From an uncultured Bacteroidota bacterium (GTDB lineage Bacteria; Bacteroidota; Bacteroidia; Flavobacteriales; Flavobacteriaceae), in NCBI GenBank assembly GCA_902520835.1, contig CABYPD010000001.1, positions 226,535 through 290,534 of the forward strand: DNA of 64,000 nt, written 5' to 3'. A program made the translations under genes and the position numbers. This document shows positions 9,219 through 19,427 of this stretch, piece after piece. Numbering within the stretch: position 1 is the stretch's first letter; each line of letters starts with the position of its first letter. The notes beneath the pieces were generated by a model. The model was given only the letters and a program-made list of their open reading frames with translations, searched no databases and had not been told where the DNA came from.

Positions 9219-10361
9219 AAATTTAGTTATTTTTCCTGAAATATATTCAATCTGTTCATCGGTCAATTCAGAATGCATTGGCAAGGAAATAACTTGGCTT
9301 GATAAGAGGTTTGTATTTAAAAAATCTTCATCATCATAATCTTTATTTTTATATGCTTTCTGTCTATGTAAGGGTATTGGGTAATATATACCAAAAGGTA
9401 TTTTCAAATCAGACAAATATTTCGAAAGATCATTTCTTTTATCGGATAGAATTCTAATTGTGTATTGATGAAAAACATGACAATGACAATTTGAACATAC
9501 ATCTATACATCCATTAGAAAACATCGGAGTTTTTATTTTGTCACAACCTTTTAATAGCTCAGTATATTTTTTTGCTGATGTTTGTCGTGATTTATTATAA
9601 GAGTTTAAGTGTGGTAATTTGGCATCCAAGACCGCAGCCTGAACTGAATCTAATCTTGAATTAACACCGACAACATCATGATGATATCTCTCATACATAC
9701 CATGGTTTACGATTCCCCTAATCTTGTAAGCTAAATCGTCGTTGTTTGTAAATAAAGCTCCACCATCACCAAAACAACCTAGATTTTTTGAAGGAAAAAA
9801 AGATGTCGTACCTATATCCCCAATAGTCCCTGTTTTTCTTTTAATTCCCGAGCTAAACTGAAATGTAGCACCTATGGCTTGAGCATTATCTTCAATAACA
9901 AAGAGATTGTATTCTTTAGCTATCTGCATAACTTTTTCCATATCGGCAGACTGTCCAAATAGATGAACTGGAACAATTGCCTTTGTTTTTGAAGTAATGG
10001 CTTTTTTTATCTTATTACAATCAATATTAAAACTATCTAATTCTACATCAACTAAAACAGGCTTTAAATTCAGAAGAGATATAACCTCAACGGTAGCTGC
10101 AAAAGTAAAGTTTGTGGTAATTACTTCATCTCCAGGTTTCAAATCTAAGGACATCATAGCTATCTGTAAAGCATCAGTTCCGTTAGCACAAGGAATTACA
10201 TGTTTAACTCCAAGGTAATCTTCAAGATTTTTTTGAAAACTTTTTACAGTTGGACCATTTATAAATGAAGCATTTTCCATTACACTAATGATAGAACTAT
10301 CAACAACATCCTTAATCTTATTATACTGACTTTGAAGGTCTACCATTTGAATTTTTTTCAT
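9204..10361 (-). CDS. DegT/DnrJ/EryC1/StrS family sugar aminotransferase
   Basis: Family-typical N-terminus (DLQSQY...FINGP.V..FE), PLP-lysine context SFFPSKNLG and HVFHQYTIR. Confidence 0.85.
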   Translation of the reverse strand: MKKIQMVDLQSQYNKIKDVVDSSIISVMENASFINGPTVKSFQKNLEDYLGVKHVIPCANGTDALQIAMMSLDLKPGDEVITTNFTFAATVEVISLLNLKPVLVDVELDSFNIDCNKIKKAITSKTKAIVPVHLFGQSADMEKVMQIAKEYNLFVIEDNAQAIGATFQFSSGIKRKTGTIGDIGTTSFFPSKNLGCFGDGGALFTNNDDLAYKIRGIVNHGMYERYHHDVVGVNSRLDSVQAAVLDAKLPHLNSYNKSRQTSAKKYTELLKGCDKIKTPMFSNGCIDVCSNCHCHVFHQYTIRILSDKRNDLSKYLSDLKIPFGIYYPIPLHRQKAYKNKDYDDEDFLNTNLLSSQVISLPMHSELTDEQIEYISGKITKFLSQS

Positions 10362-10413
10362 AAAAAAAATTTAATCCAAATTTACTATTTCTAAATGTAT
10401 TACTTTAGTATTG

Positions 10414-11634
10414 ATGAATTTATTATACAGAATATTAATAAATCTAATAGCATCAGTTCTTCCTTCAATAGGTATTTTTAATAAAAGGGTCAAAAGGTTT
10501 TTAGAATTTAGAAAAGATACCTTTAATAAAATATCTTCATCAATTAATTCTGGAGATAATCACATATGGGTTCATGCTGCATCACTAGGTGAATATGAAC
10601 TTGCTGTACCATTTATAATTAAATTAAAAAAAAAATTTAAGTATAAAATTATTTTAACTTTTTTTTCTGAATCTGGTTTTAAATTAAAAAAAAGAATAAG
10701 TGAAATTGATTACACTTTTTATTTACCATTAGATACCAAATCAAATTCTCAAAAATTTATTAAAATAATTAATCCGTGTATTTCAGTTTTTGTAAAGTCA
10801 GAAATATGGCCTAATTATATTGATGAATTAAATCATCATGGGTCTAAAAAATATTTGATTGAAGCTAACTTCAAAAAAAAAGACTGGTATTTTATTTTTT
10901 TTAATTCATGGATAAGAAATAAAATAAAAACATTTGATAAAATTTTTGTACAAGATCAAAATTCTAAAAATGTACTTAATGAAAATGAAATAAATAACGT
11001 TGAAATTGTTGGAAGTTTAAAAATTGACAGAGTAAAACTTCAATTAAATCTTAACAATAAGATTGATAAATTTGAGGAGTTATCGAAAAATAAAAAAATA
11101 ATTGTCTGTGGAAGTACATGGAAAGAAGATGAAGAAATTATTATAGAATATATTAAAAAAAATAATCATGAAAATTTATTTTGGATAATTGCACCACATA
11201 ATACTTCAAGAGATAATTTAATAAGAATTAAAAAGAATTTATCAGTTCCAGTTTCCTGTTTTTCAGAAAAGAAAATTCAATCAAATATTTTATTAGTAGA
11301 TACTATTGGCGATCTAAAAAAATTATATAGTTATTGTAAAATTGCTTACATCGGTGGAGGAATGGGTAATACAGGTTTGCATAATATCTTAGAAGCTTGT
11401 GTTTTTGATATTCCTGTTGTAATTGGCAAAAACTACAAAAAATTTATAGAATCTGTTGATTTGGTTAGTATGGGTGGAGTTATTTCTATCAGAAATCAGA
11501 TTGAATTTAATAATCAATTTGATAAATTGATTAGTGATGGAAATTATAGACAAAAACTAACTAAAATAATATCTAAATATTTAAAAATTAGAACTGGAGC
11601 AAGTGAACGAATTATTAAAAGCATATCATTATGA
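10414..11634 (+). CDS. waaA: 3-deoxy-D-manno-octulosonic acid (Kdo) transferase
   Basis: WVHAASLGEYELAVPFI matches the Kdo-transferase N-terminal signature (WxHxxSxGE). Length ~406 aa. The track start 10411 is TTG; an ATG follows at 10414. Confidence 0.8.
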   Translation: MNLLYRILINLIASVLPSIGIFNKRVKRFLEFRKDTFNKISSSINSGDNHIWVHAASLGEYELAVPFIIKLKKKFKYKIILTFFSESGFKLKKRISEIDYTFYLPLDTKSNSQKFIKIINPCISVFVKSEIWPNYIDELNHHGSKKYLIEANFKKKDWYFIFFNSWIRNKIKTFDKIFVQDQNSKNVLNENEINNVEIVGSLKIDRVKLQLNLNNKIDKFEELSKNKKIIVCGSTWKEDEEIIIEYIKKNNHENLFWIIAPHNTSRDNLIRIKKNLSVPVSCFSEKKIQSNILLVDTIGDLKKLYSYCKIAYIGGGMGNTGLHNILEACVFDIPVVIGKNYKKFIESVDLVSMGGVISIRNQIEFNNQFDKLISDGNYRQKLTKIISKYLKIRTGASERIIKSISL

Positions 11635-12347
11635 AAAAAATATTTTTCATAATTATTATTTTCCATATTTCATTGGAAATAAATTGCCAAAGTCTGGTTG
11701 GATCCTGGGAAAGAGTTCATGAAAATTATAATGGTATCAAAGAAAAGCAGATAGTTATATTTACTTCACAAGGATATCAATCTATAAGTATTTTTAATGC
11801 TGAAACAGGTGAATTTATATATACAAATGGTGGTACCTGGAAGCTTGAAGGTGATAATTTGACGGAGATGGTAGAATTTGATACAAGAAATCCTGAAAGA
11901 GTTGGTACAGAAACTACTTTTAAAATAAAAATTAATAAAAATTCAATTTCAATTCCCTCAATGCAAAGAACATGGAATAGATTTGATAATGGATCAGAAG
12001 GTAATTTAGAAGGTGCTTGGCTAATGGGTGGTAGATATAGAAATGGTAAAAAACAAATGAGAAAAATTGATGGCCCTAGAAAAACTATGAAATTACTTTC
12101 TGGAAAAAGATTTCAATGGATTGCATATAATACTGAAACTAAGCAATTCATGGGAACTGGAGGTGGGATTTACACAACAAAAGATGGGAAATATTCAGAG
12201 ATTATTGAATTTTTTTCAAGAGATAATTCAAAAGTAGGTAGTAAATTGAAGTTTGATTATGAACTAATTAATGGTGAATGGAACCATAGAGGATTTAGCA
12301 GTAAAGGTGATCCATTACACGAAATATGGGTTAAAAGAAAAAATTAA
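11631..12347 (+). CDS. Secreted protein of unknown function with an internal duplication (two lipocalin-like halves)
   Basis: Signal peptide MKKIFFIIIIFHISLEINCQS. The halves GSWERV...GGTWKLEGDNLTEMVEF and GAWLMG...GGGIYTTKDGKYSEIIEF are visibly related. Start overlaps the waaA stop (ATGA). Confidence 0.5.
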   Translation: MKKIFFIIIIFHISLEINCQSLVGSWERVHENYNGIKEKQIVIFTSQGYQSISIFNAETGEFIYTNGGTWKLEGDNLTEMVEFDTRNPERVGTETTFKIKINKNSISIPSMQRTWNRFDNGSEGNLEGAWLMGGRYRNGKKQMRKIDGPRKTMKLLSGKRFQWIAYNTETKQFMGTGGGIYTTKDGKYSEIIEFFSRDNSKVGSKLKFDYELINGEWNHRGFSSKGDPLHEIWVKRKN

Positions 12348-12364
12348 CAAACTAAATTTAATTA

Positions 12365-12916
12365 TCAATAATTTACTTTTATATTCTTGATTTCTAATTT
12401 AAAATTTCCCTCTTGTTTATTTGAAATTTGTATGCCCAATGAGTTTATTTTATCTAGTTCAATCTCAGGATAATCTGAGTATGTAAATCCTCTCCAAGTA
12501 GCTGTGAAATCTTTGATTGATAAATTAACTTCCTGCCATTGATCTTTTTTAGATTTAAAGTCAATTGAGTATGAGGCTCTTCTATTAGATTGTTGAAGTC
12601 TTAATTTATAAATATTACCATCACCTCTATATTTAATTGAAAATGATTTGATACCATCAAGGTTTACTTCATTTAGGTTTAACCGACAAGAAGCAAACCC
12701 TCCATTATTTTCTAAAGATAAATAACCATTAAATACTAAATTATTATAATTATCTATGTAAAGTTTTGATTTTGATATACCTCCCATTACATCATCGTTT
12801 ACAATAATCCAATTCTCAATACCAATATTATCTTTAGGGTTAACCAAATCTATACTTTGACTATTCATAGGTATTGAAATTAAAATAAATATTTTTATAA
12901 ATATTTTTTTTATCAT
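12365..12916 (-). CDS. Secreted CIA30 (complex I intermediate-associated protein 30)-like domain protein
   Basis: Signal peptide. W.IVNDDVMGGISKS...GGFASCR is the CIA30-family pattern. Confidence 0.6.
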   Translation of the reverse strand: MIKKIFIKIFILISIPMNSQSIDLVNPKDNIGIENWIIVNDDVMGGISKSKLYIDNYNNLVFNGYLSLENNGGFASCRLNLNEVNLDGIKSFSIKYRGDGNIYKLRLQQSNRRASYSIDFKSKKDQWQEVNLSIKDFTATWRGFTYSDYPEIELDKINSLGIQISNKQEGNFKLEIKNIKVNY

Positions 12917-12929
12917 GATAAGTAAATCA

Positions 12930-12957
12930 AAAAAACCTCAATTAAGCTGAGGTTTTT
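12930..12957 (-). terminator. Rho-independent terminator downstream of tRNA-Leu
   Basis: On the minus strand: AAAAACCTCA-GCTTAAT-TGAGGTTTTTTT, a hairpin followed by a U-run. Confidence 0.6.
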
Positions 12958-12961
12958 AAAG

Positions 12962-13043
12962 TGCGGGTGAAGGGACTCGAACCCCCACGCCGTGAAGCAC
13001 TAGATCCTAAATCTAGCGTGTCTACCAATTTCACCACACCCGC
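12962..13043 (-). tRNA. tRNA-Leu (anticodon TAG), long variable arm, no encoded CCA
   Basis: Reverse complement is GCGGGTGTGGTGAAATTGGTAGACACGCTAGATTTAGGATCTAGTGCTTCACGGCGTGGGGGTTCGAGTCCCTTCACCCGCA. Acceptor stem GCGGGTG/CACCCGC, anticodon loop TTTAGGA, T-arm GGTTCGAGTCC. Confidence 0.93.
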
Positions 13044-13117
13044 GAAACGGAAGCAAATATAAGCAAGATTATTAAAATAAATAGATGTTTTATTAATGTA
13101 TAAAAATTGTATTTAGT

Positions 13118-13125
13118 TAAATTTG
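13118..13125 (+). promoter_or_regulatory. Candidate Bacteroidota -7 box (TAAATTTG)
   Basis: Matches TAnnTTTG 13 nt upstream of the ATG at 13139. Such octamers also occur by chance in AT-rich DNA. Confidence 0.3.
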
Positions 13126-13138
13126 TTTAAGATTTGTT

Positions 13139-14515
13139 ATGGACGTAAAAACGTATATAGAAAACAATAAAGAAAGGTTATTAGAAGAACTTTTTGATTT
13201 ATTAAGAATACCTTCCATAAGTGCAATTAAAGAATATAAAAATAGCATAAGAGATGCTGCAAGTTTTTTAAAGAATAAATTAAAAAACTTGGGTTTGGAC
13301 AATTGTGAAATTTGTGAAACTGCTGGTTATCCTATAGTTTATGCTGAAAAAATTAAGGACCCAAACCTTCCAACAGTTTTAATTTACGGCCATTACGATG
13401 TACAACCAGTTGATCCAATTGAACTGTGGAATTCTGATCCATTCGAACCAATTGTTAAGAAAACTAATATTCATCCTGAGGGAGCAATCTTTGCAAGAGG
13501 ATCTTGTGACGATAAAGGTCAAATGTATATGCATTTAAAAGCAATTGAGGTTTTAAATAATACTAGTGGAGTTCCATGTAATATAAAGTTTATGATTGAA
13601 GGTGAGGAGGAAATTGGAAGTGATAATTTAGAAGTTTTTGTGAAAGAAAATAAAGAGAAACTTAAATGTGATATTATTCTTGTCTCAGATACTGGAATGA
13701 TTGATAAAGACATTCCCTCTATAACAACTGGACTGAGGGGGCTTGCATACTTAGAAGTTGAGCTTACTGGACCAAACCGAGATCTACACTCAGGTCTTTA
13801 CGGAGGAAGTGTTGCAAACCCAATTAATTCTTTAGCTAGGATGATTTCTAATTTACACGATGAAAATAATAGAATTACTATTCCCGGCTTTTATGATGAC
13901 GTAATTGAATATTCGGATGAAGAAAGAAAAAAAAACGGCTTAGTACCATTTGATATCAATGAATTTAAAAATTCATTGGAAATCAATGATGTACATGGTG
14001 AAAAATCATATACTACATTAGAAAGAAAATCGATTAGGCCATGTCTTGATGTTAATGGAATTTGGGGGGGATATACTGACGAAGGTTCAAAAACTGTAAT
14101 ACCTAGTAAAGCATTTGCAAAGATTTCAATGAGGTTAGTTAGCAACCAAAATTGGAAGAAAATTAGTAAACTTTTCAAAGATTACATGAAAAAAATGACC
14201 CCAACTGGAATGAAACTTAAAGTTAATGAACATCATGGTGGAGAACCCTACATAACTTCTACTGATTCTAAAGCATATTTAGCTGCAAGTGAAGCCTATA
14301 ATTCTGTGTATAATAAAAAACCTTTTTCTGTTAAAGATGGAGGTTCTATTCCAATCATCGCTCAATTTGAAAAAGAATTAGGTGTAAAAACTATACTTAT
14401 GGGATTTGGTTTAGATAGTGATGCTATTCATTCGCCCAATGAACACTTCGGTTTATCAAACTATTACAACGGAATTGAAACAATTTCAAATTTTTATAAA
14501 TTTTTTACAAAATAA
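13139..14515 (+). CDS. M20-family metallo-dipeptidase (ArgE/DapE/ACY1/CPG2 superfamily)
   Basis: LIYGHYDVQP, GSCDDKGQ, MIEGEEEIGS and the C-terminal HSPNEH are typical M20 metal/catalytic motifs. Length 458 aa. Confidence 0.85.
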   Translation: MDVKTYIENNKERLLEELFDLLRIPSISAIKEYKNSIRDAASFLKNKLKNLGLDNCEICETAGYPIVYAEKIKDPNLPTVLIYGHYDVQPVDPIELWNSDPFEPIVKKTNIHPEGAIFARGSCDDKGQMYMHLKAIEVLNNTSGVPCNIKFMIEGEEEIGSDNLEVFVKENKEKLKCDIILVSDTGMIDKDIPSITTGLRGLAYLEVELTGPNRDLHSGLYGGSVANPINSLARMISNLHDENNRITIPGFYDDVIEYSDEERKKNGLVPFDINEFKNSLEINDVHGEKSYTTLERKSIRPCLDVNGIWGGYTDEGSKTVIPSKAFAKISMRLVSNQNWKKISKLFKDYMKKMTPTGMKLKVNEHHGGEPYITSTDSKAYLAASEAYNSVYNKKPFSVKDGGSIPIIAQFEKELGVKTILMGFGLDSDAIHSPNEHFGLSNYYNGIETISNFYKFFTK

Positions 14516-14523
14516 AAATTAAT

Positions 14524-15657
14524 TTATTCTGATAAATCAATTATAAATAAATCTGCAGCAATTCCATCTGCAAGAAATCTAGCAGAGTCAGTTGTTATAT
14601 ACATACCATTTGAAATATGTATGAGCTTTTGTTCAATATATTTCTTGATGGATTTTAAAAAATGGTTTTTGAAATTTTTACCAAATTTATTTTCAATAAA
14701 ATTTATAGAGATTCCCCACATTGTTCTTAAACCAGTCATAACATATTCATTATATTGATCTACCTTCGTAAGAATTTCCTTTTTATAAAATAACTTTCCA
14801 GATTGAATCTGATCAATATATTTTTTGTTATTTGAGATGTTCCAACTTCTATAAAGTCCATTGTAACTGTGCGCTGAAGGACCAATTCCAATATATTTTT
14901 TTCTTAACCAGTAACCAGTATTATTCTTTGAAAAAAAATTTTTTTTTGCAAAACTTGATAATTCATAATTTATGTAATCATTACTAATTAATTCTCTATT
15001 TACATGCTTGAATTGTTCAAAAACAATATCATCATTTGGAAGTTCAACAAGACCTTTTTTAATAAATTTTTCTAAAGCAGTTTTAGGCTCTAACGTTAAA
15101 GCATATGATGAAATGTGTTTAATATCAAAATTTAGTAAAATATTAATGTTGTGATTCAATGTCTCAACATTAGAGTCAGGTAAACCATATAATAAATCAA
15201 CAGAAATATTATTGAATACTGATTTAGAAACTTCAACTGATCTAATGGCTTTGTTAGAATTGTGAGCTCTGTTCATCAATTTAAGCTCACTATCAATAAA
15301 TGATTGCACTCCAATACTCAATCTATTAAATGATAATTTTTTTAAAAATTTTAATCTATCAATTGTTATGTCATCAGGGTTAGCTTCGATCGTAATCTCA
15401 GATTCTGATTTTACTTTATAGTATTTATAAATACAATTTAAGATAGCTTCAGTTTCAAGTGATGATAAAAGAGTTGGAGTTCCTCCACCAAAATAAATTG
15501 TTTCAATTTCCTCATTTTCAAATTTTGACTTAAGCTTAATTTCTTTTATTATGGAATTAATAATTGTTTTTTTTGATTTGAGATTAGTAGAAAAATGAAA
15601 ATTACAGTAGTGACAAGCTTGCTTACAAAAAGGAATATGAATATATATACCAGCCAA
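14524..15657 (-). CDS. hemW: Radical SAM heme chaperone / coproporphyrinogen III oxidase-like protein
   Basis: YIHIPFCKQACHYCNF (CxxxCxxC radical SAM motif) and FGGGTP. Length 377 aa. Apparent TTG start directly abuts the ruvC stop. Confidence 0.85.
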   Translation of the reverse strand: MAGIYIHIPFCKQACHYCNFHFSTNLKSKKTIINSIIKEIKLKSKFENEEIETIYFGGGTPTLLSSLETEAILNCIYKYYKVKSESEITIEANPDDITIDRLKFLKKLSFNRLSIGVQSFIDSELKLMNRAHNSNKAIRSVEVSKSVFNNISVDLLYGLPDSNVETLNHNINILLNFDIKHISSYALTLEPKTALEKFIKKGLVELPNDDIVFEQFKHVNRELISNDYINYELSSFAKKNFFSKNNTGYWLRKKYIGIGPSAHSYNGLYRSWNISNNKKYIDQIQSGKLFYKKEILTKVDQYNEYVMTGLRTMWGISINFIENKFGKNFKNHFLKSIKKYIEQKLIHISNGMYITTDSARFLADGIAADLFIIDLSE

Positions 15658-16206
15658 TTAGGTAATTTTTTCAGGATTATTTTTTACATAAGAATCCCAA
15701 CTGGAAAATTTTGTTCCCAAACTTATTTTTTTTGAATTATAAAAATGACACATCGCAACAGCTAGTCCATCTGTTGAATCTAAATTTTTAGGTATTTCCT
15801 TAAATTTTAAAATACTTTGTAACATCTTAGCAACTTGCTCCTTTGATGCATTTCCATTCCCAGTTATAGCCATTTTAATTTTTTTTGGTGAGTATTCATT
15901 TATTGGAATTTCTTTGAGTAGTCCAGCAGCCATTGCTACACCTTGAGCTCTTCCCAGCTTTAGCATAGATTGAACATTTTTTCCAAAAAAAGGAGCTTCA
16001 ATAGCAATTTCATCTGGATTATATTTATCTATAATTTTAGTTAAAGAAGAAAAAATATTTTTAAGTTTTAAATAATGATTATCTAATTTATTTAAACTAA
16101 AATCACTAAAATCAATCAGCTTTACTTTTTCTCCAGTAATTGAAATAATTCCATATCCCATTACATTAGTTCCAGGATCAATTCCTAAAATTATTTTTGA
16201 TTCCAT
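15658..16206 (-). CDS. ruvC: Crossover junction endodeoxyribonuclease RuvC
   Basis: ILGIDPGTNVMGYGII, DEIAIEAPFFGKN and the C-terminal D.LAVAMCH. Length 182 aa. Confidence 0.9.
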   Translation of the reverse strand: MESKIILGIDPGTNVMGYGIISITGEKVKLIDFSDFSLNKLDNHYLKLKNIFSSLTKIIDKYNPDEIAIEAPFFGKNVQSMLKLGRAQGVAMAAGLLKEIPINEYSPKKIKMAITGNGNASKEQVAKMLQSILKFKEIPKNLDSTDGLAVAMCHFYNSKKISLGTKFSSWDSYVKNNPEKIT

Positions 16207-16664
16207 TAATCTGACTTAAATATTATTGGTAATTTAATTTTCGATTTTACTGCAATTCCTAAATTAGTTTTAGTAGCAGGAAGAATATTTGGAAAATTTT
16301 CAACTTTTTTTTTAATATCATCTATTGAACTAATGATTTCATTATTTCCAGTCATACCTTCTACAATAATTTTTCCATTACTATCAAAAGTTAAATCAAA
16401 AAAAATTGTATCATTATTATTTGAATTTTCTAGAACTAAATCCTTCATTATATTTTGCACAAATAAATCAGAAATATAAGAGTTGAAGCATTGAATACGA
16501 TTCTTTTTATCGATTATTTTATCACATTCTACTGTTGATGGGTGTTCATCAGTAATTGCCCATTTTGTTTCTTGATTTATTATTAAATCAGGTTGATTAT
16601 TTAAATTATATTGACACCCACTAATTAAAATAAAAAAAATATAAATTAATTTTATATTGTTCAT
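16206..16664 (-). CDS. Lipoprotein, unknown function (possible TonB-C-like fold at the C-terminus)
   Basis: Lipobox FILISGCQ. The C-terminal segment ...IFFDLTFDSNGKIIVEGM...KIKLPIIFKS loosely resembles TonB C-terminal domains. TAATG overlap with the ruvC start. Confidence 0.4.
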   Translation of the reverse strand: MNNIKLIYIFFILISGCQYNLNNQPDLIINQETKWAITDEHPSTVECDKIIDKKNRIQCFNSYISDLFVQNIMKDLVLENSNNNDTIFFDLTFDSNGKIIVEGMTGNNEIISSIDDIKKKVENFPNILPATKTNLGIAVKSKIKLPIIFKSD

Positions 16665-16701
16665 CCCATATGAAATTACAAAATTTGTATTAATAATTAC
16701 T

Positions 16702-17187
16702 ATGGATATTTTACTTTCGGTGATAGGATTAATTTTATGTTTAATAGGATTGCTAGGCAGCTTTCTTCCAATCTTACCTGGACCGATTGCATCATGGTTT
16801 GGTCTATTGGCACTAAATTTTACAAATTATGTTAGTTTTTCATTTTGGTTTCTATTTACCACATTTTTAATTGCAATTACAATTTCAGTTTTAGATTATA
16901 TTATTCCAATTGTCGGGGTTCAAAAACTTGGAGGAACTAAAGGAGGTCAATTAGGGGCTACAATTGGTCTTATTTTTGGTTTATTTTTAATTGGTCCACT
17001 AGGTTTAATTTTTGGACCTTTCATAGGTGCATTTACTGGCGAAATAATATCAAATAAAAATATTACAAAATCATTTTTACCTGCATTAGGGTCTTTAATT
17101 GGAGTTTTAGTAGGTACAGTATTTAAAACTATAATTACTATAATTTTTTTATTCTATTTCCTGTACTCGTTTATATCAAATTTTTAA
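16702..17187 (+). CDS. DUF456-family integral membrane protein
   Basis: LGSFLPILPGPIASWFGLL motif and four hydrophobic helices. The internal ATG at 16702 is preferred over the track start 16657, which overlaps the divergent gene. Confidence 0.6.
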   Translation: MDILLSVIGLILCLIGLLGSFLPILPGPIASWFGLLALNFTNYVSFSFWFLFTTFLIAITISVLDYIIPIVGVQKLGGTKGGQLGATIGLIFGLFLIGPLGLIFGPFIGAFTGEIISNKNITKSFLPALGSLIGVLVGTVFKTIITIIFLFYFLYSFISNF

Positions 17188-19295
17188 TAATAAGAAGATC
17201 TATTATCCTCAATTTTAGCAGATTCTTTTAATGATTCAACAATTTGAAAATCAATATTAGATCTATATAAAGATGATAATTGGTTTTGAAATGATCTATA
17301 TGAGTTTGGTTTTTTAGTACCGATATCTTTTTTATCTAATCTTATCATATATACACCAGTCTCTCCACGAAATAATTCAGATTCTTCACCCAGCTCTAAT
17401 GAAAAAGCTTTACCAATTAAACCAGGTTCATATCCAGCTTGGGATACTACAGGCGTATTTTTATTGATTGCATCAACATTGATTATCTGAATGTTATTAG
17501 ATTTTGCTAAATCTTCAAGTGTGTTATTTTCTTTATTTCTTTTGAAAATAATCTCTGCCTTTTTTTCATTTTGAAGCTTTGGCAGTACGTTTAATAAAGC
17601 CATCTCATTGCTTTGTAAACCTTCATCTTTACTATCAACCAATTGAGCAATTACATAACCTCCTCTAGAAATATCAAATCTTTGGTAATCATTAATAGTT
17701 GTTTCATCATTATATAACCACTGAACCAATCTTCTCTGGTTAGGTAAACTAGGTAAGTCATGGTCAAGCCTGCTAATATTATTTTGAGATTTAACTTCCA
17801 GCCTCAAATTTTCAGCAACTTCATCAATATTTCCATTACTAGAAAGCTCAATCTCGAACTTTGAAGCTATGTTGAATATAGAATCACTTGTTTTTTCAGA
17901 TGGGATATTTCTCAATGCAAGAGTTGCGACTTTAACTAAATCTTCTTTAGCAGTAATTTTAATTACATGAAAACCAAACTCAGTTTCAACCATACCTATC
18001 CTACCTACTCTGTTTTTAAAAACAAAATCGTTAAAGGCTTTTGTCATTACACCCTCTTGAAAAAACCCAAGATCTCCACCATTTGTTTTTGATGGTCCGT
18101 CAGAATTTTCAAGCGCGAGAGTAGAAAAATTATTAGAATCTGCCCTAACTAACCTCAAGATTCTATTTGCTTCTGATTTAGCTTCATCTTTGGTTCTGGA
18201 AATCTGAGAAGTTGAGCCCTGTGCGCCGGAGTATGAAATTAATATATGACTTGCTCTAACATTACCGTTATTTTTTTTGTCAAGGAGCTTTGTAACTTTA
18301 AAATATTCTCCATCTACGTATGGTCCATAGGTTCTATTTTTATCAAGATTGAAAATTAATTCTCCGTGATTGGAAGAGAAAAAGCCTTTGGGTCTGTAGA
18401 TTGTATCAAATGGAATATCAGAATTATCCTCCAGATATAAGTCTATCTCTTTGGTAGTTAAAAAACTTGGAATAACTTCATTTAGCTTTGAAACTTGATT
18501 ATACTCCTCTTTTTCAACTAACATTTCAGAAAGTCTTGCTCTTAACTCTCTTTCATCTTTAGCAGATGGTTTTTCATCAAATAGAACGTACTTTATATCT
18601 CTCGATTCTTCTTGTTTAAAATCTTTAGGATTATCTTTTATGTATTTAGAAATTTCAGAATTTGAAACAGAAACTAAGCTGTCATCAATTGATTCATAAG
18701 GAATTTTAACAAATGAAATATCAACCAATTCATTAGATTTTAAAAACTCTTTTTCACCCTCAAAAACATTAGAATTAATTCCAGAGTAAACCATATTCAT
18801 ATATAAATCAATATTGATTTGATTTTTAAAATCATTTTCTTGTGAGCTCCATTGTGCATAACCCTGAGGATCAAAGTCTTTCAATTCAGAAATAAAATTA
18901 CTAAACAAACTCATATCAAATATTCCAGCATCATTTAAAAACCTATCATTTTCATAAAAATTGGGGTTTGATGAAATGAAGTATTCCAAGTGATCTTTTC
19001 CAGAACTTAAACCTAATTCACTAATTTCCTGATAAAGTAATTCATTTCTTACTGTTTGATCCCAAGCAGTATTAATTGATTGTAGGTCATTAAAATTATA
19101 AGATTTTTGAAATAAATCAACTTTAGATCTAAAGTCATTTAATGATAAAACTTCACCATTGACTTTTCCAATAGGATCTTGAGATTGGAAAGAATTACCA
19201 TCAAAGACTCCAGCAATTACAAAGGCGAATAAAGCCATACCAATCACTGCGATTAAAACAAAAGAGTTTCTTCTTAAACTTCCTAATACTGCCAT
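17184..19295 (-). CDS. ppiD: Periplasmic chaperone / parvulin-type peptidyl-prolyl isomerase (PpiD/SurA-like)
   Basis: N-terminal membrane anchor. Parvulin domain RASHILI...GGDLGFF...FGFHVIK. Length 703 aa. Confidence 0.8.
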   Translation of the reverse strand: MAVLGSLRRNSFVLIAVIGMALFAFVIAGVFDGNSFQSQDPIGKVNGEVLSLNDFRSKVDLFQKSYNFNDLQSINTAWDQTVRNELLYQEISELGLSSGKDHLEYFISSNPNFYENDRFLNDAGIFDMSLFSNFISELKDFDPQGYAQWSSQENDFKNQINIDLYMNMVYSGINSNVFEGEKEFLKSNELVDISFVKIPYESIDDSLVSVSNSEISKYIKDNPKDFKQEESRDIKYVLFDEKPSAKDERELRARLSEMLVEKEEYNQVSKLNEVIPSFLTTKEIDLYLEDNSDIPFDTIYRPKGFFSSNHGELIFNLDKNRTYGPYVDGEYFKVTKLLDKKNNGNVRASHILISYSGAQGSTSQISRTKDEAKSEANRILRLVRADSNNFSTLALENSDGPSKTNGGDLGFFQEGVMTKAFNDFVFKNRVGRIGMVETEFGFHVIKITAKEDLVKVATLALRNIPSEKTSDSIFNIASKFEIELSSNGNIDEVAENLRLEVKSQNNISRLDHDLPSLPNQRRLVQWLYNDETTINDYQRFDISRGGYVIAQLVDSKDEGLQSNEMALLNVLPKLQNEKKAEIIFKRNKENNTLEDLAKSNNIQIINVDAINKNTPVVSQAGYEPGLIGKAFSLELGEESELFRGETGVYMIRLDKKDIGTKKPNSYRSFQNQLSSLYRSNIDFQIVESLKESAKIEDNRSSYY

Positions 19296-19427
19296 TGTTT
19301 AAAATTTAGTAAACGAAAATACAAATAATCACGGAAATTAGATAAATATTAACCTAAAGAATAATTAACTCAAATAGGTACTAAAAACTAAAGCAGGTGA
19401 TAATTATCTTGAAAAAATATTTTAAAA

